From NCBI GenBank assembly GCA_016792845.1, contig JAEUKH010000043.1, positions 89,846-153,845 of the forward strand: 64,000 nucleotides of DNA, written 5' to 3'. Below, piece after piece: positions 9,190-18,780 of the stretch (positions within the stretch are counted from its first letter, which is position 1; each line of letters opens with the position of its first letter). The notes below the pieces were generated by a model, which made no database searches, was not told the origin of the DNA, and was given only the letters and a program-made list of their open reading frames with translations. The position numbers were made by a program, and so were the translations under genes. This DNA comes from Myxococcales bacterium (GTDB taxonomy: Bacteria; Myxococcota_A; Polyangia; Polyangiales; Ga0077539).

Positions 9190-9726
9190 CGCCGTGCCGC
9201 GAGGGATAGCGCAATTCAGCAAGCCGAGCGAGCGAAGAGGCGCCGCGGCGTGAGGCGCCCTGCGCGTCGTCGTGTGTCAGCTGGGTTTGCCATCGAGACG
9301 CGATGCCGACGTCGCGGTCTCCCAGGAGCAGACGCGTCGACCACGATCATCGCGAAGGCGCCACGGGTCAGCGGATTCGTTCGTTGCGCTGCCTTCTCCC
9401 GCAGGAGCCCTGAGACGGCGACGAGTCTGCCGCGAGCACCCAAGAATCGCCTCGATGCGCCGTCGACGATACCAGACGCAGGCGCGACGAGAGCGGCGCC
9501 AAGCCCCTTCGCCCGCTACGACCGATCGGGCGCGCGGGCGGCTCTGTTTGTCGGAGTCGCGCATCTCGGCAGCGCGGGCACGCTCAGAGTCGCGGGCACG
9601 AAATGTTCGTCGCACAACGGCAGCGTGGTTCTGCCGAGAGACGGATCGCGTCGACGCATCAACCCTCGCGACCGCGTGCCAATCTTGCTTCCTTTATCAT
9701 GGCCGATCGGCACTACAATACGAACC

Positions 9727-10524
9727 ATGAACGCTCATGACTTGAGCCGCTTGGCCGTGATCGTCGTGATGGCATCGGGCTGCCTGCCTGAGATTCGCAC
9801 GGTCGCACGCGACGCGGCGGGTGACACGGGGAGCGACGCGGGGAGCGACCCGTTCACCCCTGCCGTCGACGCGCCTCCGGAGGTTGGACGCGTCGACGTG
9901 GGATTCGCTCGCGACACAGGGCGCTGCGAAGCAGCGCTGACGGCGTGCGGGCCTGACTGTGTTTCGCTCCAGAGCAGCATGAATCACTGCGGAGGCTGCG
10001 GGCGCGCATGCAGCCTTCCTGGCGCAGAAGCGACCTGTAGCCAAGGTCGCTGCGAGCTCGTGCGCTGCCTGCCGGGGCTCGCCGACTGCGACGGGCAGCC
10101 GCTCAACGGCTGCGAGGTCGATGTCAGAGTGAACGCCACTCATTGCGGCGTCTGCGGCAATGTGTGCCGCTTCGCCAATGGCGAAGGGCGCTGCCTTTCG
10201 GGAAGCTGTGGCCTCGCGCGATGTGAAACGCACTTCGACAACTGCGACGGCATCGTAGGCAACGGCTGCGAGTCAGACCTGACGACCACCGTCTCGCACT
10301 GTGGGTCGTGTCAAACGCCTTGTAGTCTGCCCAATGCGATCTCGCGTTGCGAGGCGAGCCAGTGCTACTTCGGCTCTTGCAGGGCGGGGTTCGGCAACTG
10401 CGATCTCGACACCTCGAACGGGTGCGAGGTCGACCTTAGAATCAACGCTTCGCACTGCGGGGTCTGCGGTCATGGCTGCGGCGGCAACGAATCGTGTGTC
10501 GACGGGGTTTGCCGTAGCGCCTAA
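9727..10524 (+). CDS. Cys-rich tandem-repeat lipoprotein (HCGxCGxxC / CDG / NGCExD module x4-5)
   Basis: ATG at 9727 is in frame with the long 7747..10524 ORF. Its upstream part is antisense to the neighbouring gene or intergenic, so the real CDS begins here with a lipoprotein signal (VIVVMASGC). Four to five ~45-aa repeats each contain C..G.C..xC..G.ADCDG...NGCE.D......HCG.CG..C. Confidence 0.6.
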   Translation: MNAHDLSRLAVIVVMASGCLPEIRTVARDAAGDTGSDAGSDPFTPAVDAPPEVGRVDVGFARDTGRCEAALTACGPDCVSLQSSMNHCGGCGRACSLPGAEATCSQGRCELVRCLPGLADCDGQPLNGCEVDVRVNATHCGVCGNVCRFANGEGRCLSGSCGLARCETHFDNCDGIVGNGCESDLTTTVSHCGSCQTPCSLPNAISRCEASQCYFGSCRAGFGNCDLDTSNGCEVDLRINASHCGVCGHGCGGNESCVDGVCRSA

Positions 10525-10532
10525 GGCCTCGC

Positions 10533-11936
10533 TCACACCTTCATGCGATCGTCGGGCCGCGGGATCACCACCCGGAGGTGCCCCTTGGCGTCGAGCTTGT
10601 CGCGCAGCACGGTTTGGGCCTTGGTCTCGCCGTGAACGAGGGCGATGGTGCGGAGCTTGCCGTGCTCGCGCAGTGCCTCGGCGTAGTTGATGAGGTCGTT
10701 CTGGTCGGCGTGGGCGCTGAAGCCGTTGAGCACCTCGACCTGGCAGCGGCGGTCGCGCTCGACGCCGAAGATTCGCACCCGGTCGCGCCGCTCGACGAGG
10801 CGACGCCCGAGGGTGTGTTGGGCCTGAAAGCCCACGATGATCACGGTGTTCTTGTCGTCCTCGACGCCGGCCCGGAGGTGGTGCAAGACGCGCCCGGCTT
10901 CGCACATTCCGCTCGCGGCGATGATCACCGCGGGTGACTCGCTCACGCTGATCGCCTTCGACTCTTCGACGTCTTCGACGTAGCGCAGGCCCTCGAACTC
11001 GAAGGGCGAGTCGTGCTGCTGGAGGAGCCTCCGCGCCTCGGCGTCGAAGCACTCGGGGTGGAGCTTGAACACCTCGGTGATCTTCACCGTGAGCGGCGAG
11101 TCGATGTAGACCGGCACCCGCGGGAGCTTTCCGTGGGCGCGCAGGCCCTTGAGGGCGAAGACGATCTCTTGGGCGCGCTCGAGGGCGAAGGCCGGGATGA
11201 TCACCTTGCCGCCGCGCTTGACGGTGCGCTCGACGATGGTGGCGAGGTCTTCGTCCATCTTGGCGATGGGGTCGTGGAGGCGGTCGCCGTAGGTGCTCTC
11301 GGTGATGAGCGCCTCGGCCCCCGAGACGATCTCGGGGTCGCGCAAGATGGGCATGTTGTGGCGCCCGAGGTCGCCCGTGAAGACCACCCGTCGGGTCTGG
11401 CCGACCTCGTCGACGTCGAGGGCCGAGATGGCGCTCCCGAGCACATGCCCCGCGTCGTAGAAGGTGAGGTCGACGCCTTTGGCGATGGTGACCCGTCGGT
11501 GGTAGGGCACCCCCACCACCCGTTCGAGGGTCGCGATGACGTCTTCTTCGGTGTAGAGCGGCTCAATCAGCTCGCTCTCGATCTCGCCGCGAGAGATCGA
11601 TTTGTTGATGTGACGCGCGTCGGCCTCTTGAATGTACGCCGCGTCACGGAGCATCGCCGCGCAGAGGTCGTTGGTCGCGTGGGTGGTGTAGATCGGGCCG
11701 TCGTACCCGGCCTTCACCAGCATCGGCAGAGCGCCCGAGTGGTCGATGTGGGCGTGCGAGAGCACCACCGCGTCGATCTCTCTGACGGGCACCGGCAGGT
11801 TGCGGTTGCGCTCGTACGATTCGCGCCGCCGACCTTGATAGAGGCCGCAATCGAGGAGCACCGTGGCGTGCTCGGTGCGGACGAGGTGCATCGAGCCCGT
11901 GACGGTCTGGGCCGCGCCGACGAATTGGATTTCCAT
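10533..11936 (-). CDS. MBL-fold metallo-hydrolase, beta-CASP RNA-metabolising ribonuclease (RNase J/CPSF-like)
   Basis: N-terminal metallo-beta-lactamase signature (…LLDCG…HAHIDHSGALP…) followed by beta-CASP and RNA-specificity regions. 467 aa is the typical size. Confidence 0.8.
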   Translation of the reverse strand: MEIQFVGAAQTVTGSMHLVRTEHATVLLDCGLYQGRRRESYERNRNLPVPVREIDAVVLSHAHIDHSGALPMLVKAGYDGPIYTTHATNDLCAAMLRDAAYIQEADARHINKSISRGEIESELIEPLYTEEDVIATLERVVGVPYHRRVTIAKGVDLTFYDAGHVLGSAISALDVDEVGQTRRVVFTGDLGRHNMPILRDPEIVSGAEALITESTYGDRLHDPIAKMDEDLATIVERTVKRGGKVIIPAFALERAQEIVFALKGLRAHGKLPRVPVYIDSPLTVKITEVFKLHPECFDAEARRLLQQHDSPFEFEGLRYVEDVEESKAISVSESPAVIIAASGMCEAGRVLHHLRAGVEDDKNTVIIVGFQAQHTLGRRLVERRDRVRIFGVERDRRCQVEVLNGFSAHADQNDLINYAEALREHGKLRTIALVHGETKAQTVLRDKLDAKGHLRVVIPRPDDRMKV

Positions 11937-12079
11937 CGTTGGAGACGGTACGGCCGGGGGGCAGACTGATCAATGCGTTGACACCCCAGGGGTGACAGAT
12001 AGACTCGCGGCGTTTCTGTGGCGACCCTTAGGGCGGTGTCGGCGATTGTGCCGAAATCGACCCGGGGCGCCCAAAGCCC

Positions 12080-13705
12080 GTGACTCCCAGAGGGGTATTC
12101 TCTCCGATGTTGAAGCTCGTGATCTCCGATGATGAGGGTAAGACCACCGTCGTACCGCTCGTGCGCGATGAAATCACCATCGGCCGCAAGGAGGGCAATA
12201 CCATCCGGCTGACCGAGCGGAATGTGTCGCGTCGGCACGCGCGCATTTCGAAGCGAAACGACGGTTTCGTGCTCGAAGACCTGGCCAGCTACAACGGCAT
12301 CGTCCTCAACGGCGCGCGGCTCCAAGAGGCCCGCTCGGTGAAGCACGGCGACCAGGTGCTGATCGGCGATTACAAGCTCCAGATCGTTGATGAGCCCGGG
12401 GCGCAGACCGCCCCCGCGCCGCCCGCGCCGCCGCCGCCGAGCCCCGAGCTCGCGCCGCTCCTTGCCGCGCCGACGCCGCCCCCTGCCCCGGCCGGTTCGG
12501 CCCCCGCGGCCCCGGGTGCGGCCGCGCTCAACAACCCCTTCGCGGCGCCGCAGCAGAGCCCAGTCCCCGAGAACATCAAGGGCCTGCGGATCGTCTTCCT
12601 CGCCCCCGCCGGGGTGCCTCCGCCGGTGACGCTTGAGCGCCTGCCGATGGTGATGGGGCGCAGCGAGGCGGCCGACATCGCGCTGCCCTTCAGCTCGATC
12701 TCGCGCGAGCACGCGCGGCTCTTCCTCGACGACGGCAAGCTCTGCATCGAAGACATGGGGAGCTCCAACGGCATCTCGGTGAACGAGAAGAAGGCGCCGG
12801 GCAAGGTCGAGCTCTCGCCGGGCGACATGGTTCAGCTCGGCGTGGTCGAGTTTCGCGTCGCCCGCCGCGGTGACAGCACCGTGGTGATTCAGCGCGCCGC
12901 GGCCGAAGAGAAGGCCGCCGCGACACGACCGAACAACAAGCTCATCGGCGGCATCATCGGCGGCGGTGTGGTGCTCGGGCTCGCGGTCTTGGCCATCGCC
13001 AAGATGGGCGGCTCGACCCCCTCGCCGACGAACCCCGAGGTCGCCCCCGCGGCCGCCACCGCCCCTGCGACGCCTGCGGCCCAGCCCGAAGCGACGCCCC
13101 CGGCGGCCGCGGCCCCGGCGCCCGCAGCGGAGCCCGCGCCGACCCCGACCCCGGCCCCCGCCGCCGAGCCCGCCCCCGCGCCCGCGGCGGCACCCGCCCA
13201 AGCCGCGGCCCCCGAGCCGACCCCAGCGCCGACCCCCGAGCCCGCGGCGGCCCCTGAGCCCCCCGCGCCGAACGTGCAGACCGTCAACACCGCCCCCGAT
13301 CGGCATCGCGATCGGCATGGGGCGACGGCCACACACCAGGCGGCTCCGGCTCCCGCGCCGACGCCCCGTGCGGCACCGGCTCCCGCGCCGACACCTGCCC
13401 CGGCGGCGGCCCCTGCGGCGCGACCCGCACCGGCGGCGGCGACGGGCGGCGGCGGCACCGGGTGGGAGGGCGCCATGGCGTGCCGCGGGAACACCAGCAG
13501 CGAGCCTGATCAGAACGCTTGCATCATCCGCGCGTTGCGGGGGCACACGGGGTCTGAGCGCGAGCTCGGGCTCTACGCCGCGACGCTGCGCTCGTCGGGG
13601 CAGCGGGCCCAGGCCCTCACGGCGATGCGGCAGTATGTGCGGCAGTATCCGAACGGGCCTCAGGCGGCGAACTTCCTTCGGCTGATCGCGGCGAGCGAAG
13701 AGTAG
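12080..13705 (+). CDS. Membrane-anchored tandem FHA-domain protein with Pro/Ala-rich linker
   Basis: Two FHA domains (…ITIGRKEGNTIRLTERNVSRRHARI…SYNGIVLNG… and …MGRSEAADIALPFSSISREHARLF…SSNGISVN…). One TM helix (LIGGIIGGGVVLGLAVLAIA). A long P/A-rich low-complexity tract, then a C-terminal helical domain. The start may be the GTG at 12080 or the ATG at 12107. Confidence 0.7.
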   Translation: MTPRGVFSPMLKLVISDDEGKTTVVPLVRDEITIGRKEGNTIRLTERNVSRRHARISKRNDGFVLEDLASYNGIVLNGARLQEARSVKHGDQVLIGDYKLQIVDEPGAQTAPAPPAPPPPSPELAPLLAAPTPPPAPAGSAPAAPGAAALNNPFAAPQQSPVPENIKGLRIVFLAPAGVPPPVTLERLPMVMGRSEAADIALPFSSISREHARLFLDDGKLCIEDMGSSNGISVNEKKAPGKVELSPGDMVQLGVVEFRVARRGDSTVVIQRAAAEEKAAATRPNNKLIGGIIGGGVVLGLAVLAIAKMGGSTPSPTNPEVAPAAATAPATPAAQPEATPPAAAAPAPAAEPAPTPTPAPAAEPAPAPAAAPAQAAAPEPTPAPTPEPAAAPEPPAPNVQTVNTAPDRHRDRHGATATHQAAPAPAPTPRAAPAPAPTPAPAAAPAARPAPAAATGGGGTGWEGAMACRGNTSSEPDQNACIIRALRGHTGSERELGLYAATLRSSGQRAQALTAMRQYVRQYPNGPQAANFLRLIAASEE

Positions 13706-13998
13706 CTTTTGGGCCCGTGAGGGTGATGGCGGCCGGTCGGCGCCCTGACGGGGTGTCGGCCGGTTTGCTTTGGGGTGATTGGAGCTTGACGGGGGCGCGG
13801 GTGAAGGGGTAGAGGGGCCGCTCCGCGCGTTCATCGTCCCCATACGGTACCCAGAGCGGGTGCTTGTGTCGCGCGAGCCTGTGAATGGGTTCGTGTTCGG
13901 GGGAGATTCGCTCCCTTGAGGGGCGCGCGATTCCTCGCTGCGCGACGGGTCTTTTCGCGAAGATCCACCCCGCGCCGCGAGAGCGAGAGGAACAAACG
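13706..13998 (+). promoter_or_regulatory. Long 5' leader/promoter region of rpmI-rplT-pheST-ihfA cluster (possible L20 autoregulatory leader)
   Basis: A 293-nt non-coding gap precedes rpmI. It contains a TTGACG hexamer (~13788) and a GAGAGGAA RBS. In other bacteria the rpmI-rplT leader carries an L20-binding structure. No structure could be verified by eye here. Confidence 0.25.
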
Positions 13999-14202
13999 AT
14001 GCCGAAAATGAAGACCAACCGAGCCGCCGCGAAGCGCTTCACCATCTCGGGGAGCGGCCGCGTCCGTCGCCCCAAGGGTGGGGCGAGCCACTTCATGGCC
14101 AACAAGAGCGCCGCCCACCTTCGCCGTCTGCGCAAGAACGACATGGTCGACAGCGCGATGGAGAAGCGTGTGAAGCTCCTCCTCCCCTACGGGACCCCCT
14201 GA
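13999..14202 (+). CDS. rpmI: 50S ribosomal protein L35
   Basis: 67 aa MPKMKTNRAAAKRF…RRLRKN… matches the L35 family. RBS GAGAGGAA sits upstream. Directly precedes rplT. Confidence 0.9.
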   Translation: MPKMKTNRAAAKRFTISGSGRVRRPKGGASHFMANKSAAHLRRLRKNDMVDSAMEKRVKLLLPYGTP

Positions 14203-14223
14203 AAGATACGGTAGGAGCTCACC

Positions 14224-14598
14224 ATGCCGCGCGCTAAAAGGGGCTTTAAAGCCCGTCGTCGTCGTAACCGCATCTTCCGCCACGCGCAGGGCTTCTCGGC
14301 CGGCCGTGGTCGTCTCTTTGGCCCGGCCAAAGAGGCCGTGCACAAGGCCTGGCAGTACGCCTATGTGGGCCGCAAGCTCCGCAAGCGCGACTTCCGCCGC
14401 CTGTGGATCGCCCGCATCTCGGCCGCCGCCCGCTCGCTCGGCACGAACTACTCGCGCCTGATCGCCTCGCTGAAGAAGGCCAACATCGGCCTCGACCGTA
14501 AGATCCTCGCCGATCTCGCGGTGCGCGACTTCGCGGGCTTCAAGGGTGTGCTCAGCGCCGCTGGCATCACCCTCCAGCCGAACGCCTTCGCGGGCTGA
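14224..14598 (+). CDS. rplT: 50S ribosomal protein L20
   Basis: MPRAKRG…QYAYVGRKLRKRDFRRLWIARI…IGLDRKILADLAV… is the canonical L20 sequence. AGGAG RBS upstream. Confidence 0.93.
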   Translation: MPRAKRGFKARRRRNRIFRHAQGFSAGRGRLFGPAKEAVHKAWQYAYVGRKLRKRDFRRLWIARISAAARSLGTNYSRLIASLKKANIGLDRKILADLAVRDFAGFKGVLSAAGITLQPNAFAG

Positions 14599-14844
14599 CC
14601 GCGACCCTTCTCTCTGGCCCTCACAGCCCTTTGCGGCGTCGAGGGTCTTCAAATCACAGCGACTCTCAGATTGGGCTGCAACGCCGTGCCGAGATGGTGC
14701 ACAAGCGTTGCGACCTTTGGCCGAGACCTGCCTCGGGCCACACACCAACCGCGCCGCGAGGGCGCAGCGTGGTGAGTTGGCCGCCGGGGCCTCGACCCGC
14801 GTCGCGGCACAGCGCCGGGCGACGCAGAAAGCTCAGCGCAACTC

Positions 14845-15912
14845 ATGGCCCACGATCCGAACCAGACGCCTGACCCGCTCGCTGAAATTGAGGCCGCCCT
14901 TGTCGACCTCGGGCGAGCCTTCGACGCGGCGCACGACGACAACGATTTGCGGCAGGTGACGGCGCGGTACCTCGGCAAAGAGGGCACCGTGACGGCGCTC
15001 ACCCGGCGCATCGCGGAGCTCCCGGGCCCTGCGCGGAAGCCCTTCGGGCAGAAGCTCAACGAGGCCAAGGCGGCGGTCGAGCGGGCCCGCGGCGAGGCTG
15101 AGCTGCGGTTGAAGACCGAGGCCCGGGCGCGCGACCTCGGGCAGCCCGCGGTTGACATCACACTGCCGGGGCGACGGCCGGCGCGGGGGCGGGTTCACCC
15201 GATCATGCGGGTGCTCCACGAGGTCATCGATGTGTTCGCGGGGCTCGGCTTCGACGTGGCCGAGGGGCCCGAGGTCGACCTCGCGGTGAACAACTTCGAT
15301 CGGCTCGGCTTCCCGCCAGATCACCCCGCGATGGACATGCACGACAGCTTCTTTTTGCCCTCGGGTGACCCCGGGCAGAAGGTGCTCTTGCGCACGCACA
15401 CGTCGACGGTGCAAGTGCGCGAGATGCTGTCGCACCCGCCGCCCATCCAGGTGATCTGCCCGGGCGCGGTGTTTCGTCGCGACGACGACGTGACCCACAG
15501 CCCGATGTTCTTTCAGCTTGAGGGTCTCCTCGTCGACGAGCGGGTCACCTTGGCCGAGCTGCGGGGCGTGCTCGACGCGTTCCTCGTGCGCCTCTTCGGT
15601 TCGTCGATCCGCACGCGCTTTCGTGCGAGCTACTTCCCCTTCGTCGAGCCTGGGGCCGAGCTCGACGTGAGCTGCCTCATCTGCGGCGGCCACGACGCCG
15701 GGTGCCGCGTCTGCAAGGGCACCGGGTGGCTCGAAGTCCTGGGCTGCGGGATGGTGCACCCGGTGGTCTTCGAGCAGGTCGGCTACGACCCTGAGCGGTA
15801 CACGGGCTTCGCGTTCGGCATGGGCATCGATCGCCTCGCGATGCTGCGCTACGGCGTCACCGACATTCGTTACCTCTACGACAACGACCCGCGCTTTCTC
15901 GCGTCACTCTGA
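14845..15912 (+). CDS. pheS: Phenylalanine--tRNA ligase alpha subunit
   Basis: Class II aaRS motifs and C-terminal …FRASYFPFVEPGAE…GWLEVLGCGMVHP…GFAFGMGIDRLAMLRYGVTDIR… are typical PheS. Confidence 0.93.
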   Translation: MAHDPNQTPDPLAEIEAALVDLGRAFDAAHDDNDLRQVTARYLGKEGTVTALTRRIAELPGPARKPFGQKLNEAKAAVERARGEAELRLKTEARARDLGQPAVDITLPGRRPARGRVHPIMRVLHEVIDVFAGLGFDVAEGPEVDLAVNNFDRLGFPPDHPAMDMHDSFFLPSGDPGQKVLLRTHTSTVQVREMLSHPPPIQVICPGAVFRRDDDVTHSPMFFQLEGLLVDERVTLAELRGVLDAFLVRLFGSSIRTRFRASYFPFVEPGAELDVSCLICGGHDAGCRVCKGTGWLEVLGCGMVHPVVFEQVGYDPERYTGFAFGMGIDRLAMLRYGVTDIRYLYDNDPRFLASL

Positions 15913-15923
15913 GGGCCACAGTT

Positions 15924-18329
15924 ATGCAGGTTTCACTCGGTTGGCTTGAAGAATTGCTCGGCACCTCGCTCGACCTCGGGCGCGTCGCCGAGGCCCTCAC
16001 CCTCGGCGGTCTCGAGGTCGAACACATCGCCCACCACGGGGCCCACCTCGACCGCGTGGTGGTCGCGCGGGTGCTCTCGTCGCGGGCGCACCCGAGCAGC
16101 AAGAACCCCCTCACCCTGGTCACCGTCGACCTCGGCGATGAGACCACCGAGGTGGTCTGCGGCGCGCCCAATGTGCCCGCGCCGGGCGGCCTCGTGTGCT
16201 TCGCGCGGCTCGGCGCCACGGTGTTCGGCAAGGGCGGCGCGCCCATGGTGCTCGAAGCGAAGCCCATCGCGGGCATCACCTCGACAGGGATGCTCTGCGC
16301 CGAAGACGAGCTCGGCCTCGGCACCGACCATCACGGCATCATCGTGCTCGACGGCGACCTCGCGCCGGGCACGCCGCTCGACACCCTCGCGGGAATGCGC
16401 GACGCCGTGCTGACCCTCAACGTCACGCCCAACCGCGGTGACGCGCTCTCGCACCTCGGCGTGGCCCGAGACGTCGCCGCCATGCTCGGGCTCGACGCGC
16501 CGAAGCTCGCGCCCATCACCGCCGCGGCGGGCGGCGCCCCGGCGCGAGAGAGCGTCGCGGTGACCCTCTCCGACCCGCGCTGCGGGCGGTACATCGCCTC
16601 GGTGGTGCGCGCGCTGACGGTGAAGCCGTCGCCGCTGGCGCTGCGGGTGCGGCTCCATCGGTTGGGCGTTCGGCCGATCAACAACCTCGTCGACGTGACC
16701 AACCTGGTGATGCTCGAGACCGGGCAGCCCTTGCACGCCTTCGACCGGCGTCACCTCAAGGGCGACCGCATCGAGGTGAGGGCGGCCCGGCCCGGCGAGC
16801 GCCTTGAGACCCTCGACGGCGTGGTGAGGGCCCTCGACCCCGACGACCTCGTGATCGCCGACGGCGACGCGGCCTCGGCCCTCGCTGGCATCATGGGCGG
16901 CCAGGGCTCGGGCATCGCCGACGACACCGCCGAGGTGGTGCTTGAGGTCGCGCGCTTCGACCCTCGCGCCGTACGCAAGACCGCGCGCCGCTTCGGCATG
17001 CACACCGAGAGCTCGCACCGCTTCGAGCGCGGCACCGACCCCGACGCCATCGCCGCGGTCGCCGCCCGCGCCGCCGCCTGGCTCGCCGTTCTCGGCGGAG
17101 GCGTCGTGGCGCCAGACCCCGTTGATGTAAACACTGTCAACATTGAACCGAAGACGGTGTCGCTCCGCACGGCGCGCACCGAGGCGCTGCTCGGGGTGGC
17201 GCTCTCGGCCGAGACGCAGGGGCGCTACCTCGCGCGCTTGGGCTTCGGCGTGCGCGCCGAGGGCGCGACGCTGGTGGCGACGGTGCCGGGGTGGCGCAAC
17301 GACGTGACCCGCGAGGTCGACCTCATCGAAGAGGTCGGGCGGGTTCACGGGTTTGACAAGCTCATCCCGGTGTTGCCGCCGACGCGGGGCGCGCGGGCGG
17401 GCGCGACGCGAGACTGGCATCTGCGCCGGCGGGTGCGCGAGACCCTGGCGTCGTTGGGGCTCGACGAGGCGGTCTTCCCGGTCTTTGTGACGCCGCGCGA
17501 CATCGGGGCCTTGGGGCTCGACCCGGCCGAAGCGCCGCGGCTCACGAACCCGCTCTCCGAGGAGCGGGCGGTGCTGCGCTCGTCGCTGCTCCCGCGGCTG
17601 GTGGTGGGCGTCGGCAACGCGCGTCGCCGGGGCGAGCCGCGGGTGCGCCTCTTCGAGATCGGCGCGGTGTTCGGGCCTGGCGCGCCGGGCGACGCGTTGC
17701 CGCGCGAAGAGACCCGGCTGGCGGTGGCCCTCGCGGGGCCGCGCGACACATGGCTCTCGAAGCCCGACGAGGTCGACCTCTTCGACCTCAAGGGCGTGAT
17801 CGAAGAGCTCGCCGCCCGCACGGTTCACGGCGAGGCGACCTTTCACCGCGACGGCGAGGCGCCGCCTTGGGCTCACCCGAAGCTCTTCGCGCGGGTTCGT
17901 CTCGGCGCGCGGGAGGTGGGCGCGATGGGGGCCCTGCACCCCGACGTGGTGGCCCGCGCCGACCTCGGGCGCACGGCCTTCGTGGCCGAGCTCGACCTGG
18001 CGGCCTTTGGGGTCGCCCTCGGCGCGCCGCGGGCGAAGGCGCCGCCGCGCTTCCCGGCGGTGCGCCGTGACGTGGCGCTGTTGGTCAACCGCGACGTGCC
18101 CGCGGGGCAGATCGCCGAGACGCTGGCCACCCACGCTGGGCCCCTCTGCCGCGAGGTCAAGCTCTTCGATCGGTACCTCGGCCGCGAGCTCCCCGAGGGC
18201 ACCCACTCGCTCGCCTTCGCGATGACCTTCAGGGCCGACGATCGTTCGCTCGAAGGCGCCGAGGTCGAGACCCTCTCCGAGGCCGCGCTCAAGGCCACCC
18301 GCGCGCACTTTCAGACCGAGCAACGCTGA
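15924..18329 (+). CDS. pheT: Phenylalanine--tRNA ligase beta subunit
   Basis: 801 aa. N-terminal MQVSLGWLEELLG…, B3/B4, tRNA-binding and FDX-ACB C-terminal regions. Immediately downstream of pheS. Confidence 0.93.
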   Translation: MQVSLGWLEELLGTSLDLGRVAEALTLGGLEVEHIAHHGAHLDRVVVARVLSSRAHPSSKNPLTLVTVDLGDETTEVVCGAPNVPAPGGLVCFARLGATVFGKGGAPMVLEAKPIAGITSTGMLCAEDELGLGTDHHGIIVLDGDLAPGTPLDTLAGMRDAVLTLNVTPNRGDALSHLGVARDVAAMLGLDAPKLAPITAAAGGAPARESVAVTLSDPRCGRYIASVVRALTVKPSPLALRVRLHRLGVRPINNLVDVTNLVMLETGQPLHAFDRRHLKGDRIEVRAARPGERLETLDGVVRALDPDDLVIADGDAASALAGIMGGQGSGIADDTAEVVLEVARFDPRAVRKTARRFGMHTESSHRFERGTDPDAIAAVAARAAAWLAVLGGGVVAPDPVDVNTVNIEPKTVSLRTARTEALLGVALSAETQGRYLARLGFGVRAEGATLVATVPGWRNDVTREVDLIEEVGRVHGFDKLIPVLPPTRGARAGATRDWHLRRRVRETLASLGLDEAVFPVFVTPRDIGALGLDPAEAPRLTNPLSEERAVLRSSLLPRLVVGVGNARRRGEPRVRLFEIGAVFGPGAPGDALPREETRLAVALAGPRDTWLSKPDEVDLFDLKGVIEELAARTVHGEATFHRDGEAPPWAHPKLFARVRLGAREVGAMGALHPDVVARADLGRTAFVAELDLAAFGVALGAPRAKAPPRFPAVRRDVALLVNRDVPAGQIAETLATHAGPLCREVKLFDRYLGRELPEGTHSLAFAMTFRADDRSLEGAEVETLSEAALKATRAHFQTEQR

Positions 18330-18476
18330 CGCCCGCGCGACGGCGCGTCGGGTGATTCTGTCTCCTGGGCGGGGCCTCGCCTGCGGGGCCGCGATGTGAC
18401 GGGGGCGAGGCGGCTCCGCAAGCGTTGCATCGTCGGCGCGGGTGTGGTTCGCTGCCCGTCACACGAGGGAAGATTC

Positions 18477-18758
18477 ATGACCAAGGCCGACATTGTCGAG
18501 CGGGTGTACAGCCGCATGGGTGGCTTTACCCGGCGCCAGGCGCAAGAGCTCGTTGAGAGCGTGTTTGATCTCTTGAAGCAGTCGCTTGAAGAGGGTGAGA
18601 AGGTCAAAGTCTCGGGCTTTGGCAACTTCGTCGTGCGCGACAAGAGCGAGCGCCCTGGGTTGAACCCGCGCACCAAGGTCAAGATCACCCTGCCGCCGCG
18701 GCGGGTGGTTCGCTTCAAACCGTCGCCGGTGCTCAAGAAGCAGTTGAATCCGACCTGA
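18477..18758 (+). CDS. ihfA: Integration host factor alpha subunit
   Basis: 93 aa HU/IHF fold (MTKADIVERVY…GFGNFVVRDKSERPGLNPRTKVKITLPPRRVVRFKPS…). Conserved position after pheT. Confidence 0.88.
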   Translation: MTKADIVERVYSRMGGFTRRQAQELVESVFDLLKQSLEEGEKVKVSGFGNFVVRDKSERPGLNPRTKVKITLPPRRVVRFKPSPVLKKQLNPT

Positions 18759-18780
18759 TTCGCGTGGCCAATACGCCGAC

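Noticed and set aside
7747-9726. 5' two-thirds of the 925-aa ORF 7747..10524
   Set aside because: This part is antisense to the lipoprotein gene 7804..9189, then crosses a 500-nt intergenic region. It is Arg/Gly-rich and has no domains. Only the in-frame 3' portion from ATG 9727 (with a lipoprotein signal) is kept as a gene.
11714-13843. 709-aa minus-strand ORF
   Set aside because: Antisense to the tandem-FHA gene. Gly/Arg-rich. The FHA frame has clear domain signatures.
14599-14844. Possible terminator or attenuator between rplT and pheS
   Set aside because: An inverted repeat (gaccct…agggtc, ~34-nt loop) is present. It lacks a tight GC stem plus U-tract, and I cannot verify its stability by eye. 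Left unannotated.
15933-18323. 796-aa minus-strand ORF
   Set aside because: Antisense to pheT, which has unambiguous homology. Arg/Gly/Ala low-complexity product.
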